Source of the DNA: Candidatus Jorgensenbacteria bacterium GW2011_GWA1_48_11
GTDB taxonomy: Bacteria; Patescibacteriota; Minisyncoccia; UBA6257; GWB1-50-10
NCBI GenBank assembly: GCA_001003475.1
Contig: LCPF01000001.1
Location: 328,549 to 392,548, forward strand
Length of the DNA: 64,000 nt
Direction of reading: 5' to 3'
Shown here: positions 37,379 to 47,262 of the stretch, piece by piece
How positions within the stretch are numbered: position 1 is the first letter of the stretch
Layout: every line of letters begins with the position of its first letter
Notes under the pieces: model-generated
The model's database searches: none
Told to the model about the DNA's origin: nothing
Seen by the model: only the letters and a program-made list of their open reading frames with translations
Program-made: the position numbers and the translations under genes

Positions 37379-37639
37379 ATGGCCGATGCGGGCGAAGACC
37401 GGAATCCGCTGCCGATCCCGGCAGGGGTGACGCAGCAGAAGATCGAGGCGATGCTCGTGACCGACGGCAATTGGCGGCCGGCCAAAGGCTTCGTCTGCCT
37501 CAAGTGCGACGGTCCGGCCATGAAGAACCCCTACACGGACCAGATCTGGGGCTGCGGGCAGTGCGGTCGGACCACTCATTTGCCGGACGTATTCTTCGTG
37601 CCGGCGTCGACCGAGGTGCCCGCCGCCACTCCCGCCTAG
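37379..37639 (+). CDS. Small zinc-ribbon protein (about 87 aa from the internal Met; 126 aa from 37259)
   Basis: CLKCDG...CGQCG motif. Followed by a terminator. Confidence 0.35.
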   Translation: MADAGEDRNPLPIPAGVTQQKIEAMLVTDGNWRPAKGFVCLKCDGPAMKNPYTDQIWGCGQCGRTTHLPDVFFVPASTEVPAATPA

Positions 37640-37651
37640 CCGGAGGAGGTA

Positions 37652-37690
37652 TACCGCCGAGAACCGCTTGCGTTTCCGGCGGTTCTCTTT
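37652..37690 (+). terminator. Rho-independent terminator
   Basis: GAGAACCGC/GCGGTTCTC stem followed by TTTTTT. Confidence 0.6.
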
Positions 37691-38074
37691 TTTGACAAAC
37701 AGCGCCGGAAAGTGCTATTTTTATTTCCAGCATCAGGAAAGGATTTGGCAGATGCTGGCGCGCAGCTGGCAAGTGACCGACAGTGGGCGCTTGTGAGATT
37801 GTCCCGGTGGCCTTCTTCTTCGCCAACCATCGCCAAGCGTGGTGGCGCCGCTAACAGAGCCGGGGCTGCTCGCTTCCCGAAACAGTCTGCCTCGGGCCGG
37901 TGGCGCCTCGAGGAAAGCGGATGCCGATGATCTCGGCGATATCCGCGGCCGCCAGCCTGCCAAATCCGCTTTGCTCCCGGGACACGCCCATCCCGGGAGA
38001 ATCCAGTGAGCCGCTCGGTCGCCCGGCGGCTCATTTTATTCCCACTTCTTTACAAAAAAAGTTCGCGGTTTATA

Positions 38075-38482
38075 ATGAAACCAATGAAAACCTTGTTCAC
38101 CCCGTTCGTTGTTCTGATTTTCCTTGGAATTTCGGTTTTCGGCTTTGCGGCCCTGCATAACGGCATGCACGGCGCGAGTTGCCTGGCTTCCACCTTGGGC
38201 GGCGGCGTTTGCGTGCCCTCGGGCGACGGGTTTGGCTTCGCTTCTTTCCATCTGAACGCTTTTAAGATCTTTTCCAACGCCACTTTTGAACTGGCCTTGA
38301 TCGTACTCGTCATTTTTTTGATCGTGAGCTTGGCTTTGGTCTTCGCTCCGGGCGGCAGCGGCGGTCTTTTGAATCCGTCCGGGGAAATCAATTTCCGTCC
38401 GAGGGAGGTAAGACCGGACAATTCGAGCTTGAGGCAATGGCTAACGCTTTTTGAGAAGCGTGATCCGGCCCTTTCTTTCTGA
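38075..38482 (+). CDS. Hypothetical membrane protein
   Basis: The internal start MKPMKTLF follows an A-rich leader. Two TM helices and a Cys-containing loop. Confidence 0.5.
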   Translation: MKPMKTLFTPFVVLIFLGISVFGFAALHNGMHGASCLASTLGGGVCVPSGDGFGFASFHLNAFKIFSNATFELALIVLVIFLIVSLALVFAPGGSGGLLNPSGEINFRPREVRPDNSSLRQWLTLFEKRDPALSF

Positions 38483-38576
38483 GGTTATTCTGACAACTCT
38501 TCCTAGGAACGAATTTTTCGTCAGAAGAACCTTGATTTGGGAAAGGGCGTTTTTATTTGTCGAAAAAATCAAAAAC

Positions 38577-39080
38577 ATGAAAAAAAACAAAGATATAGTT
38601 ATAGGAATATTGGCCAGTTTGGCGATCGTGGCCGGCTTGATCGCCTGGTCGCAGTCAGCCGAGACCGGCGAAACAGCAGCCTTGAAAAACCTGGGGCCGA
38701 GCCAGCTTGTGGCCAATGAGTCCAGTTTCGATTTCGGCACGATTTCCATGGCCCGCGGCAAGGTGAGCCGCGTCTTCAAGTTCAGGAATGACGGGAGCGG
38801 CCCGGCTGTCCTAAGCCGGGTCTACACCTCCTGTATGTGCACGGAAGCGAGTCTTATTTCGGCGGCTGGCCGGCTCGGACCGTTCGGCATGCTGGGAATG
38901 GGCTTTAATCCGCCGATTAGGGAGACTATCCCGCCCGGCGGCGAAGGCGAGGTGGAAGTTGTTTTCGATCCGGCGGCGCACGGTCCGGCCGGCGTCGGCC
39001 GCATCAATCGGGTCGTCAGTTTGGAGCAGGCGTCGGCCGCGCCCCTCGAATTCAGCTTCACGGCCAACGTCATTCCCTAA
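38577..39080 (+). CDS. DUF1573 domain protein, membrane-anchored
   Basis: FDFGTI...FKFRNDGSGPAVLSRVYTSCMCT signature. Sits upstream of ccdA. Confidence 0.7.
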   Translation: MKKNKDIVIGILASLAIVAGLIAWSQSAETGETAALKNLGPSQLVANESSFDFGTISMARGKVSRVFKFRNDGSGPAVLSRVYTSCMCTEASLISAAGRLGPFGMLGMGFNPPIRETIPPGGEGEVEVVFDPAAHGPAGVGRINRVVSLEQASAAPLEFSFTANVIP

Positions 39081-39082
39081 CC

Positions 39083-39865
39083 ATGACCAGAAGATTCATC
39101 GTTCTCGTGTCTTTTGCAGTCGTGCTTTTGGCCGGCGTTCTTTTCTTCAAGCTGAGCGGTTTTGGCACGCAGGCCCTTTGGGGAATTTCGAACGGCGGCC
39201 AGTGGTTTTTCCCGCTGGTCCTCGTGGCGGCCCTGATTGATAGCGTAAATCCCTGCGCTTTCTCGATTCTGGTCCTTACGATTGCTTTTCTTTTCAGCTT
39301 GGGCCGCCTGCGGCAGGATATTCTGAAGATCGGTGGATTCTACATTCTGGGAATTTTCCTGGTTTATGTCCTGATCGGGCTGGGTATTGTGGGCACTCTT
39401 CATCTCTTTTCCATCCCGCATTTCATGGCTAAAGTCGGCGCCGTCCTGCTTATCGCTTTCGGCGCGATCAATCTCGTGAACGAATTTTTCCCGGCTTTTC
39501 CGGTGAAGCTGAGGATTCCGCACGCGGCCCATCGGAAAATCGCCGAGCTCATGGAAAAAGCCTCGCTGCCGACCGCTTTCCTCTTGGGCGTCCTGGTCGG
39601 GCTTTGCGAATTTCCCTGCACCGGCGGACCGTACCTGATGATCTTGGGATTCTTGCACGACCAGGCCCGGTTTTGGAGCGGTTTTGCCTACCTCGTTTTC
39701 TACAACGTCGTTTTCGTCCTGCCGCTCGCGATCATTCTTTTGATCGGCAGCGATAAAAACCTGTTAGAAAAGGTCCAAGCCTGGCGGAAATCGGAGACCG
39801 GCAAAATGCGCCTGTGGAGCGGAGTGGCCATGGTCGTTTTAGGTCTTTTGGTCTTCGCGATATAA
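39083..39865 (+). CDS. ccdA: Cytochrome c-type biogenesis / thiol-disulfide electron transporter CcdA (DsbD TM domain)
   Basis: NPCAFSIL and CEFPCTGGPYL motifs. 6-8 TM helices. Confidence 0.85.
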   Translation: MTRRFIVLVSFAVVLLAGVLFFKLSGFGTQALWGISNGGQWFFPLVLVAALIDSVNPCAFSILVLTIAFLFSLGRLRQDILKIGGFYILGIFLVYVLIGLGIVGTLHLFSIPHFMAKVGAVLLIAFGAINLVNEFFPAFPVKLRIPHAAHRKIAELMEKASLPTAFLLGVLVGLCEFPCTGGPYLMILGFLHDQARFWSGFAYLVFYNVVFVLPLAIILLIGSDKNLLEKVQAWRKSETGKMRLWSGVAMVVLGLLVFAI

Positions 39866-39875
39866 TTAAATCGAC

Positions 39876-40376
39876 ATGACTCAAGATAGAAAAAGTTTCG
39901 ACGCGCTTCTCGAAAAGATCGAGGGCTTGAAGAAGGCGGGCCAGATCGATTTGTCCATGGACGAGGACTTGTCGATCGCAGTCATGAATCTTTTGAGTTT
40001 GGAGGAACACTTCTTTTTCACGGCCGAGAAAACCGGCAAGACCGATTATTTCGATCTCTTGAAGGAAGTAAGGGAAGCGAGAAAGGTCTTGATGGGCCGT
40101 TTGATCCCGAGCCATGAGGGCGAGACTTGGTGCATTTCGAAGCACTTGCTTGCCACGACCATGCGCCTCATCGAAGTCGGCACCAAGCTCCATAAAGAAG
40201 GGAAGCCGGCCGAAGCCAAAGAGACGTTCGATTACGCCTACAAAATGTACTCGTTCTTCTGGGGTTTGCGTTTGAATTTGATCAAGACTGCGGATTTCAA
40301 GGAAACGGCGGCAAAAGACAAGCCTTGGACCTTGGGCGATATCGTGGATAAGCTGGTGGATTGTTGCGATGAATAA
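39876..40376 (+). CDS. Hypothetical protein (166 aa) with C-terminal CCDE
   Basis: Balanced composition. Overlaps the next gene. Confidence 0.5.
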   Translation: MTQDRKSFDALLEKIEGLKKAGQIDLSMDEDLSIAVMNLLSLEEHFFFTAEKTGKTDYFDLLKEVREARKVLMGRLIPSHEGETWCISKHLLATTMRLIEVGTKLHKEGKPAEAKETFDYAYKMYSFFWGLRLNLIKTADFKETAAKDKPWTLGDIVDKLVDCCDE

Positions 40377-40731
40377 AGACAAGAAAGCGGTCGTAACCCT
40401 CCTTGTTTTGGCGGTCGTCGTACTGGCGGTTTATCTTTTTTACAGGCGGGGACCGGTCTTCGGCCAGTACGACGATTTCGCCAAATGCCTCGCCTCAAAA
40501 CCAGTGACGATGTACGGCGCTTACTGGTGCGCGCATTGCGAGAGCCAAAAAAATGCTTTCGGCGGTTCTTTCAAGTACGTGCCTTATGTTGAGTGCACGC
40601 GGGACGTCCAGGAATGCCTGGTTCAGAAGATCAACGGTTATCCGACCTGGATTTTTCCCGACGGCAGGAGACTGGAAGGCGAAATGAGTTTGAACGATTT
40701 GTCGGCGCAAAGCGGGTGCGTGTTGAATTAA
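40369..40731 (+). CDS. Thioredoxin-like membrane-anchored protein (paralog of 5565-5951)
   Basis: YGAYWCAHCESQK. Same architecture as 5565-5951. Confidence 0.75.
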   Translation: MNKDKKAVVTLLVLAVVVLAVYLFYRRGPVFGQYDDFAKCLASKPVTMYGAYWCAHCESQKNAFGGSFKYVPYVECTRDVQECLVQKINGYPTWIFPDGRRLEGEMSLNDLSAQSGCVLN

Positions 40732-40764
40732 GTCAGATAACTGATAACAAATAACCAATAACAT

Positions 40765-41679
40765 ATGACTAATAACACAGAAGAGGAAATTAAAAATAAA
40801 AAAGACAGGTTTTTGCCAGTAAGCATTGTTTTGGCGGCGATATTGATCGCTGGCGCTTTTGTGTACAAAACCGGCGTCAATACGAATAACATCACGGCGC
40901 AGTCGAGCGATTTCGAGGCTGATAGTCTGGCGGCGATGCTTTTCGCGACAGACGGCATTCAACTGCCGGTAAGGTGGGGGGATTTGGGAAAGCAGCTTAT
41001 CGCGAAAGGCGTAATCGATGCCGACAAATTCGAAGCGATTTATGCCAACCGGGGCGGACTCACGCCTGAAGAGAAACAGCTGCTTTACGGCGCGGCTAAC
41101 GGCAATTTGACCATTAATGCCCGAAATTCCGGCGTTATCCTCAATTTGCTCTGGGCTTTCGGTTTGGCTAATAAGAATGAAATCCTTGAAAACGGGCCGA
41201 TGACGGATCCGCGCTACGGCGGTGCGGGGAATTTCGCCTCGACCGGCGGCTGGACCATTGCCAAAGGCGGCGCCATGGATCATTACAGCAAGTATTCTTT
41301 GGTGGTTTTGAATTCCGAGCAGCAGAAATTGGTGGAGGCGGTGAGTGGGGGTATTTACCGGCCCTGCTGCGGCAATTCCGCTTATTTTCCGGACTGCAAC
41401 CACGGCATGGCCATGCTGGGACTCTTGGAACTCATGGCGAGCCAGGGCGCGAGCGAGGCCGACATGTACAAAGCGGCCTTGGTCGTCAATTCTTTCTGGT
41501 TCTCGGACACTTATCTTACGATCGAAAAATACTTGCAAAGCAAGGGCATCGGTTGGCAGAGCGTTGACCCGAAACAGGTTTTGGGAGTGGATTTTTCGAG
41601 CGGTTCCGGCTTCCAAAACATCTTGAAGCAAATTGCGCCAGTCCAGAATTCAACCGGCGGCGGCTGCAGTGTGCAGTGA
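40765..41679 (+). CDS. Hypothetical membrane-anchored extracytoplasmic protein (304 aa) with PCCGNS/PDCNHG Cys motifs
   Basis: An N-terminal TM helix. No recognised family. Confidence 0.5.
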   Translation: MTNNTEEEIKNKKDRFLPVSIVLAAILIAGAFVYKTGVNTNNITAQSSDFEADSLAAMLFATDGIQLPVRWGDLGKQLIAKGVIDADKFEAIYANRGGLTPEEKQLLYGAANGNLTINARNSGVILNLLWAFGLANKNEILENGPMTDPRYGGAGNFASTGGWTIAKGGAMDHYSKYSLVVLNSEQQKLVEAVSGGIYRPCCGNSAYFPDCNHGMAMLGLLELMASQGASEADMYKAALVVNSFWFSDTYLTIEKYLQSKGIGWQSVDPKQVLGVDFSSGSGFQNILKQIAPVQNSTGGGCSVQ

Positions 41680-41733
41680 TTTTTGAACGAATTTACTTTG
41701 GTTAGGCTGTGGATGATCGCGACTTGATTTTAA

Positions 41734-41750
41734 ATACCCCCAGGGGGTAT
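41734..41750. promoter_or_regulatory. CsoR-type operator ATACCCCCAGGGGGTAT overlapping the -10 region upstream of csoR
   Basis: A GC-rich 8-1-8 palindrome of the kind bound by CsoR-family repressors. It is 11 nt upstream of the csoR ATG. Confidence 0.6.
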
Positions 41751-41760
41751 CATATAAGGC

Positions 41761-42030
41761 ATGAGGAGGCAAATCAAGAAAAAAGTTCTGCGGCGACTTC
41801 AAATTATCAAGGGTCAGGTGAACGGTTTGGAAAGAATGGTTGATGATGAAAAATATTGCATTGATATTATTACTCAATCCTCTGCCGTAAGGCAGGCGCT
41901 TTCTGGTTTTGAAAACTTGATTTTGGAAAACCATTTAGCCAGTCACGTCGTGGAACAGGTTAAGCTCGGTCAAAAATCAAAAGCCATGCGAGAAATCCTT
42001 TCTGTTTATAAACTTTCGCAAAGAAAATGA
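41761..42030 (+). CDS. csoR: CsoR/RcnR-family metal-sensing transcriptional repressor
   Basis: RLQIIKGQVNGLERMVDDEKYCIDIITQSSAVRQAL signature (C...H...C ligands). Confidence 0.85.
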   Translation: MRRQIKKKVLRRLQIIKGQVNGLERMVDDEKYCIDIITQSSAVRQALSGFENLILENHLASHVVEQVKLGQKSKAMREILSVYKLSQRK

Positions 42031-42072
42031 AAATCTTGAATCCAAAGGTCGCGTTAAATGTATTGTAAAAAT

Positions 42073-42327
42073 ATGGAACTAAACAAAAAAAGATTCGCTT
42101 TAGCGGCCACTGAAGTCATAGGCGTTTGGTACGTCATTTGTGCGTTATTGGTAGCTATCGTTCCCGATTTAGCCATGAAGCTTTTCAGTTGGATGGTCCA
42201 TTTGGTGAATCTTCAAGCGGGCGTGAGTTTTCCGGAGGCCATTTATGGATTTTTGGAGGTGGTGATATTGACTTATGCGACGGCTTATATTTTCGCCTGG
42301 CTGCACAATAGATCAATTACGAAGTAG
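42073..42327 (+). CDS. Small membrane protein
   Basis: Two TM helices. In the csoR-copA operon. Confidence 0.4.
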   Translation: MELNKKRFALAATEVIGVWYVICALLVAIVPDLAMKLFSWMVHLVNLQAGVSFPEAIYGFLEVVILTYATAYIFAWLHNRSITK

Positions 42328-42381
42328 TTTCTGAACGGCAGTATTGTCGGGTTTTTATCCGGCAATTTTAGATTAAATCAT

Positions 42382-43101
42382 ATGCAATATGCTTGGTTAA
42401 TTTGGAGTTTGCTTTTTCTGGTTCTTTGGGCGGTGTTTTATTTTTCTCTCAAAAACAAAGAAAGCAAAAAAGAAATGTTTAGAGTGAGCTTATGGACAAT
42501 GCTTGCCGGTTTCACCGAACCTTTTTTCGTGCCCCGATATTGGAATCCGCCATCACTCTTCGATTTGACCCAGAGGACCGGTTTTGACATAGAAAGCTTC
42601 ATTTTCGCCTTTGCGGTCGGCGGCCTGGCCGTCGTGATTTACGAGGGACTGTTTAGAACTGAGCATCAGCCGATGCGGCCGGCCGAAAAGCATGAAGTGC
42701 GTCACAAATACCACCTTTGGGCGCTTGTTTCCGGGCCGGTCTTATTTGTCGCGTTCGTGATTTTTACCGATTGGAATCCGATTTATTCGGCTTTTATCGC
42801 TCTCATGGCCGCCGGACTTTTCGCCTGGTATTGCCGCCCCGATTTGAAAAAGAAAATGATCGTAAGCGCTTTCTTGTTCCTGGGCCTGTACGTTTTTTAT
42901 TTTTTAACTCTTATTATTTTGTACCCCGGTTATGTCGAGCGGGTTTGGAACCTAAAAGCCTTATCAGGCATTTTGATATTGGGTATTCCGCTTGAAGAGT
43001 TGATGTTCGCTTTTGGGGTGGGGTTTTTGTGGTCGAGCTATTACGAGCATTTTACCTGGCATAAAGTAAGATTAAATATAAATAATCGTCATGAATCATA
43101 A
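42382..43101 (+). CDS. Hypothetical polytopic membrane protein (239 aa)
   Basis: Six TM helices. No motif. Confidence 0.5.
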   Translation: MQYAWLIWSLLFLVLWAVFYFSLKNKESKKEMFRVSLWTMLAGFTEPFFVPRYWNPPSLFDLTQRTGFDIESFIFAFAVGGLAVVIYEGLFRTEHQPMRPAEKHEVRHKYHLWALVSGPVLFVAFVIFTDWNPIYSAFIALMAAGLFAWYCRPDLKKKMIVSAFLFLGLYVFYFLTLIILYPGYVERVWNLKALSGILILGIPLEELMFAFGVGFLWSSYYEHFTWHKVRLNINNRHES

Positions 43102-45304
43102 TCATTGTCATCACGACCATTCGGCTGGGCATCACGAAGAGGCGGCCGGCACCGGGAAAATTTACATTTGTCCCATGCATCCCAACGTCAGATCGGACAA
43201 GCCGGGGCTTTGTTCGGAGTGCGGAATGAACTTACTGCCGCAGAAAGCCGGCAAAAAAGAGAGTCACGAGCATCATGGGGGCGGCGAAAACGGTTTCGAC
43301 AAGCATGCCGGCCACAACGTAAATATTTTCGCCAAAAAATTCTGGCTGAGTTTGGTTTTGACCGTACCGATCGTTTTGTATTCGGATTTGTTTTTCAATT
43401 TGTTCGGTTGGACCGCGCCGGCTTTTCCCGGGTCAGCTTATTTGCCGTTTTTCCTGGGATCCATCGTTTTCTTTTACGGCGGCTGGGTTTTCATCGGCAG
43501 CGCTTGGCGCGAGCTCAAGGCGAAATTGCCGGGCATGATGACCCTGATCGCTTTGGCCATTACGACGGCTTACGTTTGGAGCGTTTATGAAATAATCGTC
43601 GGCGAAACGCATACGCTTTTCTGGGAATTGGCGACCCTGATTACCATCATGCTTTTGGGCCATTGGGTGGAAATGAAAGCCGTCCAGGGCGCCCAAGGCG
43701 CTTTGAAAGAACTTTCGAAACTCCTGCCTGACAAAGCCGAAATAATCCGCGACGGCCAGAACGTCGTCGTAAATTTGAGCGAGCTTAAAACCGGCGACAT
43801 TGTCGTCGTGCGGCCGGGTGCGAAAATCCCCGCCGACGGCGTGATTACGGACGGCCGTTCCCAGGTAAACGAGTCGATGATCACCGGCGAATCGAAACCG
43901 GTCGAAAAGAACGTCGGGAACGAAGTCATTGCCGGCACCATTAACGGCGACGGCGCTTTCAAAGCGAAAGTGACGAAAATCGGCGAAGGGACTTTCCTGG
44001 CCGGCGTGATGCGCCTCGTTGCCGAAGCCCAGGCTTCGAAATCGCGTTTGCAGATTCTTTCGGACAGAGCCGCTTTTTACCTGACTTTGGTGGCCGTGGG
44101 CGTGGGCGCCCTGACTTTGGTTTTATGGCTTTTGGCGAAAGCCACACCGTCTTTCGCTCTGGAACGGCTGGTGGCGGTTCTCGTGATCGCCTGCCCGCAT
44201 GCCTTGGGCCTGGCTATCCCTCTCGTGGCTTCGATCTCCACGACTCTCGCGGCCAAAAACGGATTTCTGGTGCGAAACCGCCTGGCCTTGGAACTTGCGA
44301 GGAAAATTGACGTGGTTCTTTTCGATAAAACTGGCACTTTGACCAAGGGCGAATACGGCGTGGAAAAAATCCGGGTGATCGAAGGAAGCGAAGAAGAGAT
44401 TCTGCGTTTGGCGGCTTCGGTTGATTTTCATTCCGAGCATTTCGTGGCCAAGGCCATCGTGGCCAAGGCTAAAGAAAAAAATCTAAGCTTGTTCGACGTG
44501 AAGAATTTCAGCCGTCTAGCCGGCAAAGGGACGCAGGGTGACATCGGGAATGAAAGAATTTCCGTGGGCGGGCTGGGGATGCTGGTTCAGCCGCTGCCGC
44601 CGCCGATCGAAGACGAAGTCGGGGCCGAAGGCCGGAAGGGCAAAACCGTCATTTTCGTTTTGAAGAACGGGAAGTTACTGGGTTTTTTCGCGCTGGCCGA
44701 TTTGATTCGGGAAGAATCGAGAGCGGCCATAAAAACCCTGACGCAAATGGGCGTAAAAACGGCCATGGTGACCGGCGATTCGGAAGAAGTCGCTAAACGG
44801 GTAGCTGGGGAATTGGGAATCGATTTTTACTTTGCTAGGGTGTTACCGGACGGAAAAGCGAAAATAGTAAAGGAACTCCAAGAGAAAAAATTTGAAAATT
44901 GGAAATTAGAAATTGAAAATTCCAGCCGGCGACTGACCGTGGCTATGGTCGGCGACGGCATTAATGATGCGCCGGCCCTGACCCAGGCCGATTTGGGGAT
45001 TGCCATCGGTGCCGGCACGAACGTGGCCATTGAATCGGCTGGTATCATTCTGGTTCGGAACGACCCGCGCGACATCGCGAAGATCTTCGAGCTTTCCAAA
45101 GCCACCTACAATAAAATGGTTCAGAATCTGTTCTGGGCGACGGGCTACAACGTCATTGCCATGCCTTTGGCCGCCGGCATTCTGGCCTCGAAGGGGATTT
45201 TGCTCCAGCCGGCTTTGGCGGCGGTTTTCATGTCTTTAAGCACGGTCATTGTGGCTTTTAACGCCCTCCTGTTGAAAAAAGTCGGAGGTAAATTAAAATC
45301 ATAA
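43091..45304 (+). CDS. copB: Copper-translocating P1B-type ATPase (CopB-like: His-rich N-terminus, CPH motif)
   Basis: His-rich N-terminus HNHCHHDHSAGHH, metal-binding CPMH...CSECGM, CPH motif, DKTGTLT and GDGINDAPAL. Confidence 0.9.
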   Translation: MNHNHCHHDHSAGHHEEAAGTGKIYICPMHPNVRSDKPGLCSECGMNLLPQKAGKKESHEHHGGGENGFDKHAGHNVNIFAKKFWLSLVLTVPIVLYSDLFFNLFGWTAPAFPGSAYLPFFLGSIVFFYGGWVFIGSAWRELKAKLPGMMTLIALAITTAYVWSVYEIIVGETHTLFWELATLITIMLLGHWVEMKAVQGAQGALKELSKLLPDKAEIIRDGQNVVVNLSELKTGDIVVVRPGAKIPADGVITDGRSQVNESMITGESKPVEKNVGNEVIAGTINGDGAFKAKVTKIGEGTFLAGVMRLVAEAQASKSRLQILSDRAAFYLTLVAVGVGALTLVLWLLAKATPSFALERLVAVLVIACPHALGLAIPLVASISTTLAAKNGFLVRNRLALELARKIDVVLFDKTGTLTKGEYGVEKIRVIEGSEEEILRLAASVDFHSEHFVAKAIVAKAKEKNLSLFDVKNFSRLAGKGTQGDIGNERISVGGLGMLVQPLPPPIEDEVGAEGRKGKTVIFVLKNGKLLGFFALADLIREESRAAIKTLTQMGVKTAMVTGDSEEVAKRVAGELGIDFYFARVLPDGKAKIVKELQEKKFENWKLEIENSSRRLTVAMVGDGINDAPALTQADLGIAIGAGTNVAIESAGIILVRNDPRDIAKIFELSKATYNKMVQNLFWATGYNVIAMPLAAGILASKGILLQPALAAVFMSLSTVIVAFNALLLKKVGGKLKS

Positions 45305-45307
45305 TAT

Positions 45308-45784
45308 ATGACTAAATCGCAAAAATCGTCTTTGTTCATTTTGAGGATCGTTCTCGGCTGGCTTTATTTTTACGCCGGCATCACCAAGGTTTTGAATCCG
45401 GCCTGGTCAGCGGGCGGTTATTTGGAAAAAGCGAAAACTTTCCCTGACTTTTATCACTGGCTAGCCGGTCCCTCGATCCTGCCGGTCATTAATTTTTTGA
45501 ATGCTTGGGGGCTAACCCTGATCGGGGCGGCTTTGATTCTGGGGGTATTCGTCAGGTTAAGTTCTTTTTCCGCGATCATCTTAATGGTTCTTTACTATTT
45601 GCCGGTTTTGGATTTTCCCTACCCCAATACCAATTTTTTCATCGTTGACGAGCATATAATTTTTATCGGCGCCCTGATCGTGCTCGCGGTTTTCCGGGCC
45701 GGCCGGGCTTGGGGCTTGGAAAATTGGTGCGCGAACCTGCCGCTTTGCCGCAAATTTCCGAAATTGCGCGAGTGGTTGGGTTAA
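45308..45784 (+). CDS. DoxX-family membrane protein
   Basis: A 4-TM DoxX-like protein. 158 aa. Confidence 0.65.
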   Translation: MTKSQKSSLFILRIVLGWLYFYAGITKVLNPAWSAGGYLEKAKTFPDFYHWLAGPSILPVINFLNAWGLTLIGAALILGVFVRLSSFSAIILMVLYYLPVLDFPYPNTNFFIVDEHIIFIGALIVLAVFRAGRAWGLENWCANLPLCRKFPKLREWLG

Positions 45785-45816
45785 TCCGGAAAAATTGATA
45801 TAATGAAGGCGTTTCG

Positions 45817-47259
45817 ATGAACTTTCTAAAGCGAAAATGGTTTATTGTTGCCGGCCTGGTTCTGATCGTCGTTCTGGGCGGTTATTTTTTGTTCAGCGGT
45901 AAAGACAAATCGGCGTTCCAGACCGTGACCGTGGTCCGGGGCGATGTTTCCGAGGAGGTTTCGGTGACCGGCCAGGTCGAACCGATCAAAAGCGTCGATT
46001 TGGCTTTCGAGCAGTCGGGCCGGATCGCCGGCGTTTACGCCGAAGTCGGGGACAAGGTTTATGCGGGCGAGGCCTTGGTGACCCTGGATAAATCCGCTCT
46101 CGCGGCCCAACTGGCCAAGGCCGAGGCGGACTTGGCCACCCAAGAGGCCGATTTGAACAAAGATAACGTCGATCTGGCGAATTACTACGGCGTCATCCCG
46201 AATCTCTTGAACGACGCTTATGCCAAGGCCGATGACGCAACGAGAAAACAACTGGACGGACTTTTCAATAACGACGAATCGCGGAACCCGACGTTGACTT
46301 TCGTGGTCGCGGATATCGCCGTCGATAACGACGTGAGGGGTTTAAGACTTAATGCGACGGGTATTTTAAACCAGTGGGCCGGCGAGCTCAAGGGAATCAG
46401 TGGCGTTTCCGTGCCGGCGGATTTGCGGGTCGAGCTCGACAAGGCCGAAGGTTATTTGCTGACCATCCGTTCCCTGCTTTCGCGATCAATGGATGCGGTC
46501 GTGGGCGCGGCCAGCGGCGGATCATTGAGTTCTTCCACCGCCGACGCTTATAAAGCGAACATCAATACGGCCCGGACCAATGTCAATGCGGCCCTGTCCG
46601 ATCTGACGGCCCAATCCCAGTCCATCGCCGCCCAGGAAGCGACGATCGCCTCGGTTCGGGCCGGCGTCAAATCTTACGAAGCCAGCATTGATAATATCAA
46701 GGCCCAGATGGCGAAGATGACGATTCATTCTCCCATAAACGGCGTGGTCACCGTCGAGAATGCCAAGGTCGGCGAAATCGCGGCGGCCAATACCGCGATG
46801 GTTTCGGTGATTTCCGGGAGTAAGTTCGAAGTGGAAGCGAACGTGGCCGAAGCCGACATTGCCAAAGTGAAAGTCGGCGATTCCGCCCAGATCACCCTCG
46901 ACGCTTACGGCAACGACGTAATTTTTGACGCCGCGGTTTCTTCGATCGATCCCGGCGAAACAATGATCGAGGGCGTCGCCACCTACAGAACGAAATTTCA
47001 ATTCGTCAAATCGGACGACCGGGTAAAATCCGGCATGACGGCCAATATCGATATTTTCACGAATAAAAAAGAAAACGTTTTGGTCATTCCCCAGCGGGCG
47101 GTCACGACCAAGAACGGCATCAGAAGCGTGACAGTGGATTTAGGCAAGGGTTTTTCCGAAGAAAGGCAGATCGAGATAGGCCTCAGGGGCGCGGACGGCA
47201 GCGTGGAAGTGCTCGGGGGCCTCCAGGAAGGCGATAAAGTCATTGTCAACAATTCCTGA
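45817..47259 (+). CDS. Efflux transporter periplasmic adaptor / membrane-fusion protein (HlyD/MacA-like)
   Basis: An N-terminal TM helix, long coiled-coil region and a beta-barrel C-terminus. Confidence 0.8.
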   Translation: MNFLKRKWFIVAGLVLIVVLGGYFLFSGKDKSAFQTVTVVRGDVSEEVSVTGQVEPIKSVDLAFEQSGRIAGVYAEVGDKVYAGEALVTLDKSALAAQLAKAEADLATQEADLNKDNVDLANYYGVIPNLLNDAYAKADDATRKQLDGLFNNDESRNPTLTFVVADIAVDNDVRGLRLNATGILNQWAGELKGISGVSVPADLRVELDKAEGYLLTIRSLLSRSMDAVVGAASGGSLSSSTADAYKANINTARTNVNAALSDLTAQSQSIAAQEATIASVRAGVKSYEASIDNIKAQMAKMTIHSPINGVVTVENAKVGEIAAANTAMVSVISGSKFEVEANVAEADIAKVKVGDSAQITLDAYGNDVIFDAAVSSIDPGETMIEGVATYRTKFQFVKSDDRVKSGMTANIDIFTNKKENVLVIPQRAVTTKNGIRSVTVDLGKGFSEERQIEIGLRGADGSVEVLGGLQEGDKVIVNNS

Positions 47260-47262
47260 TTC

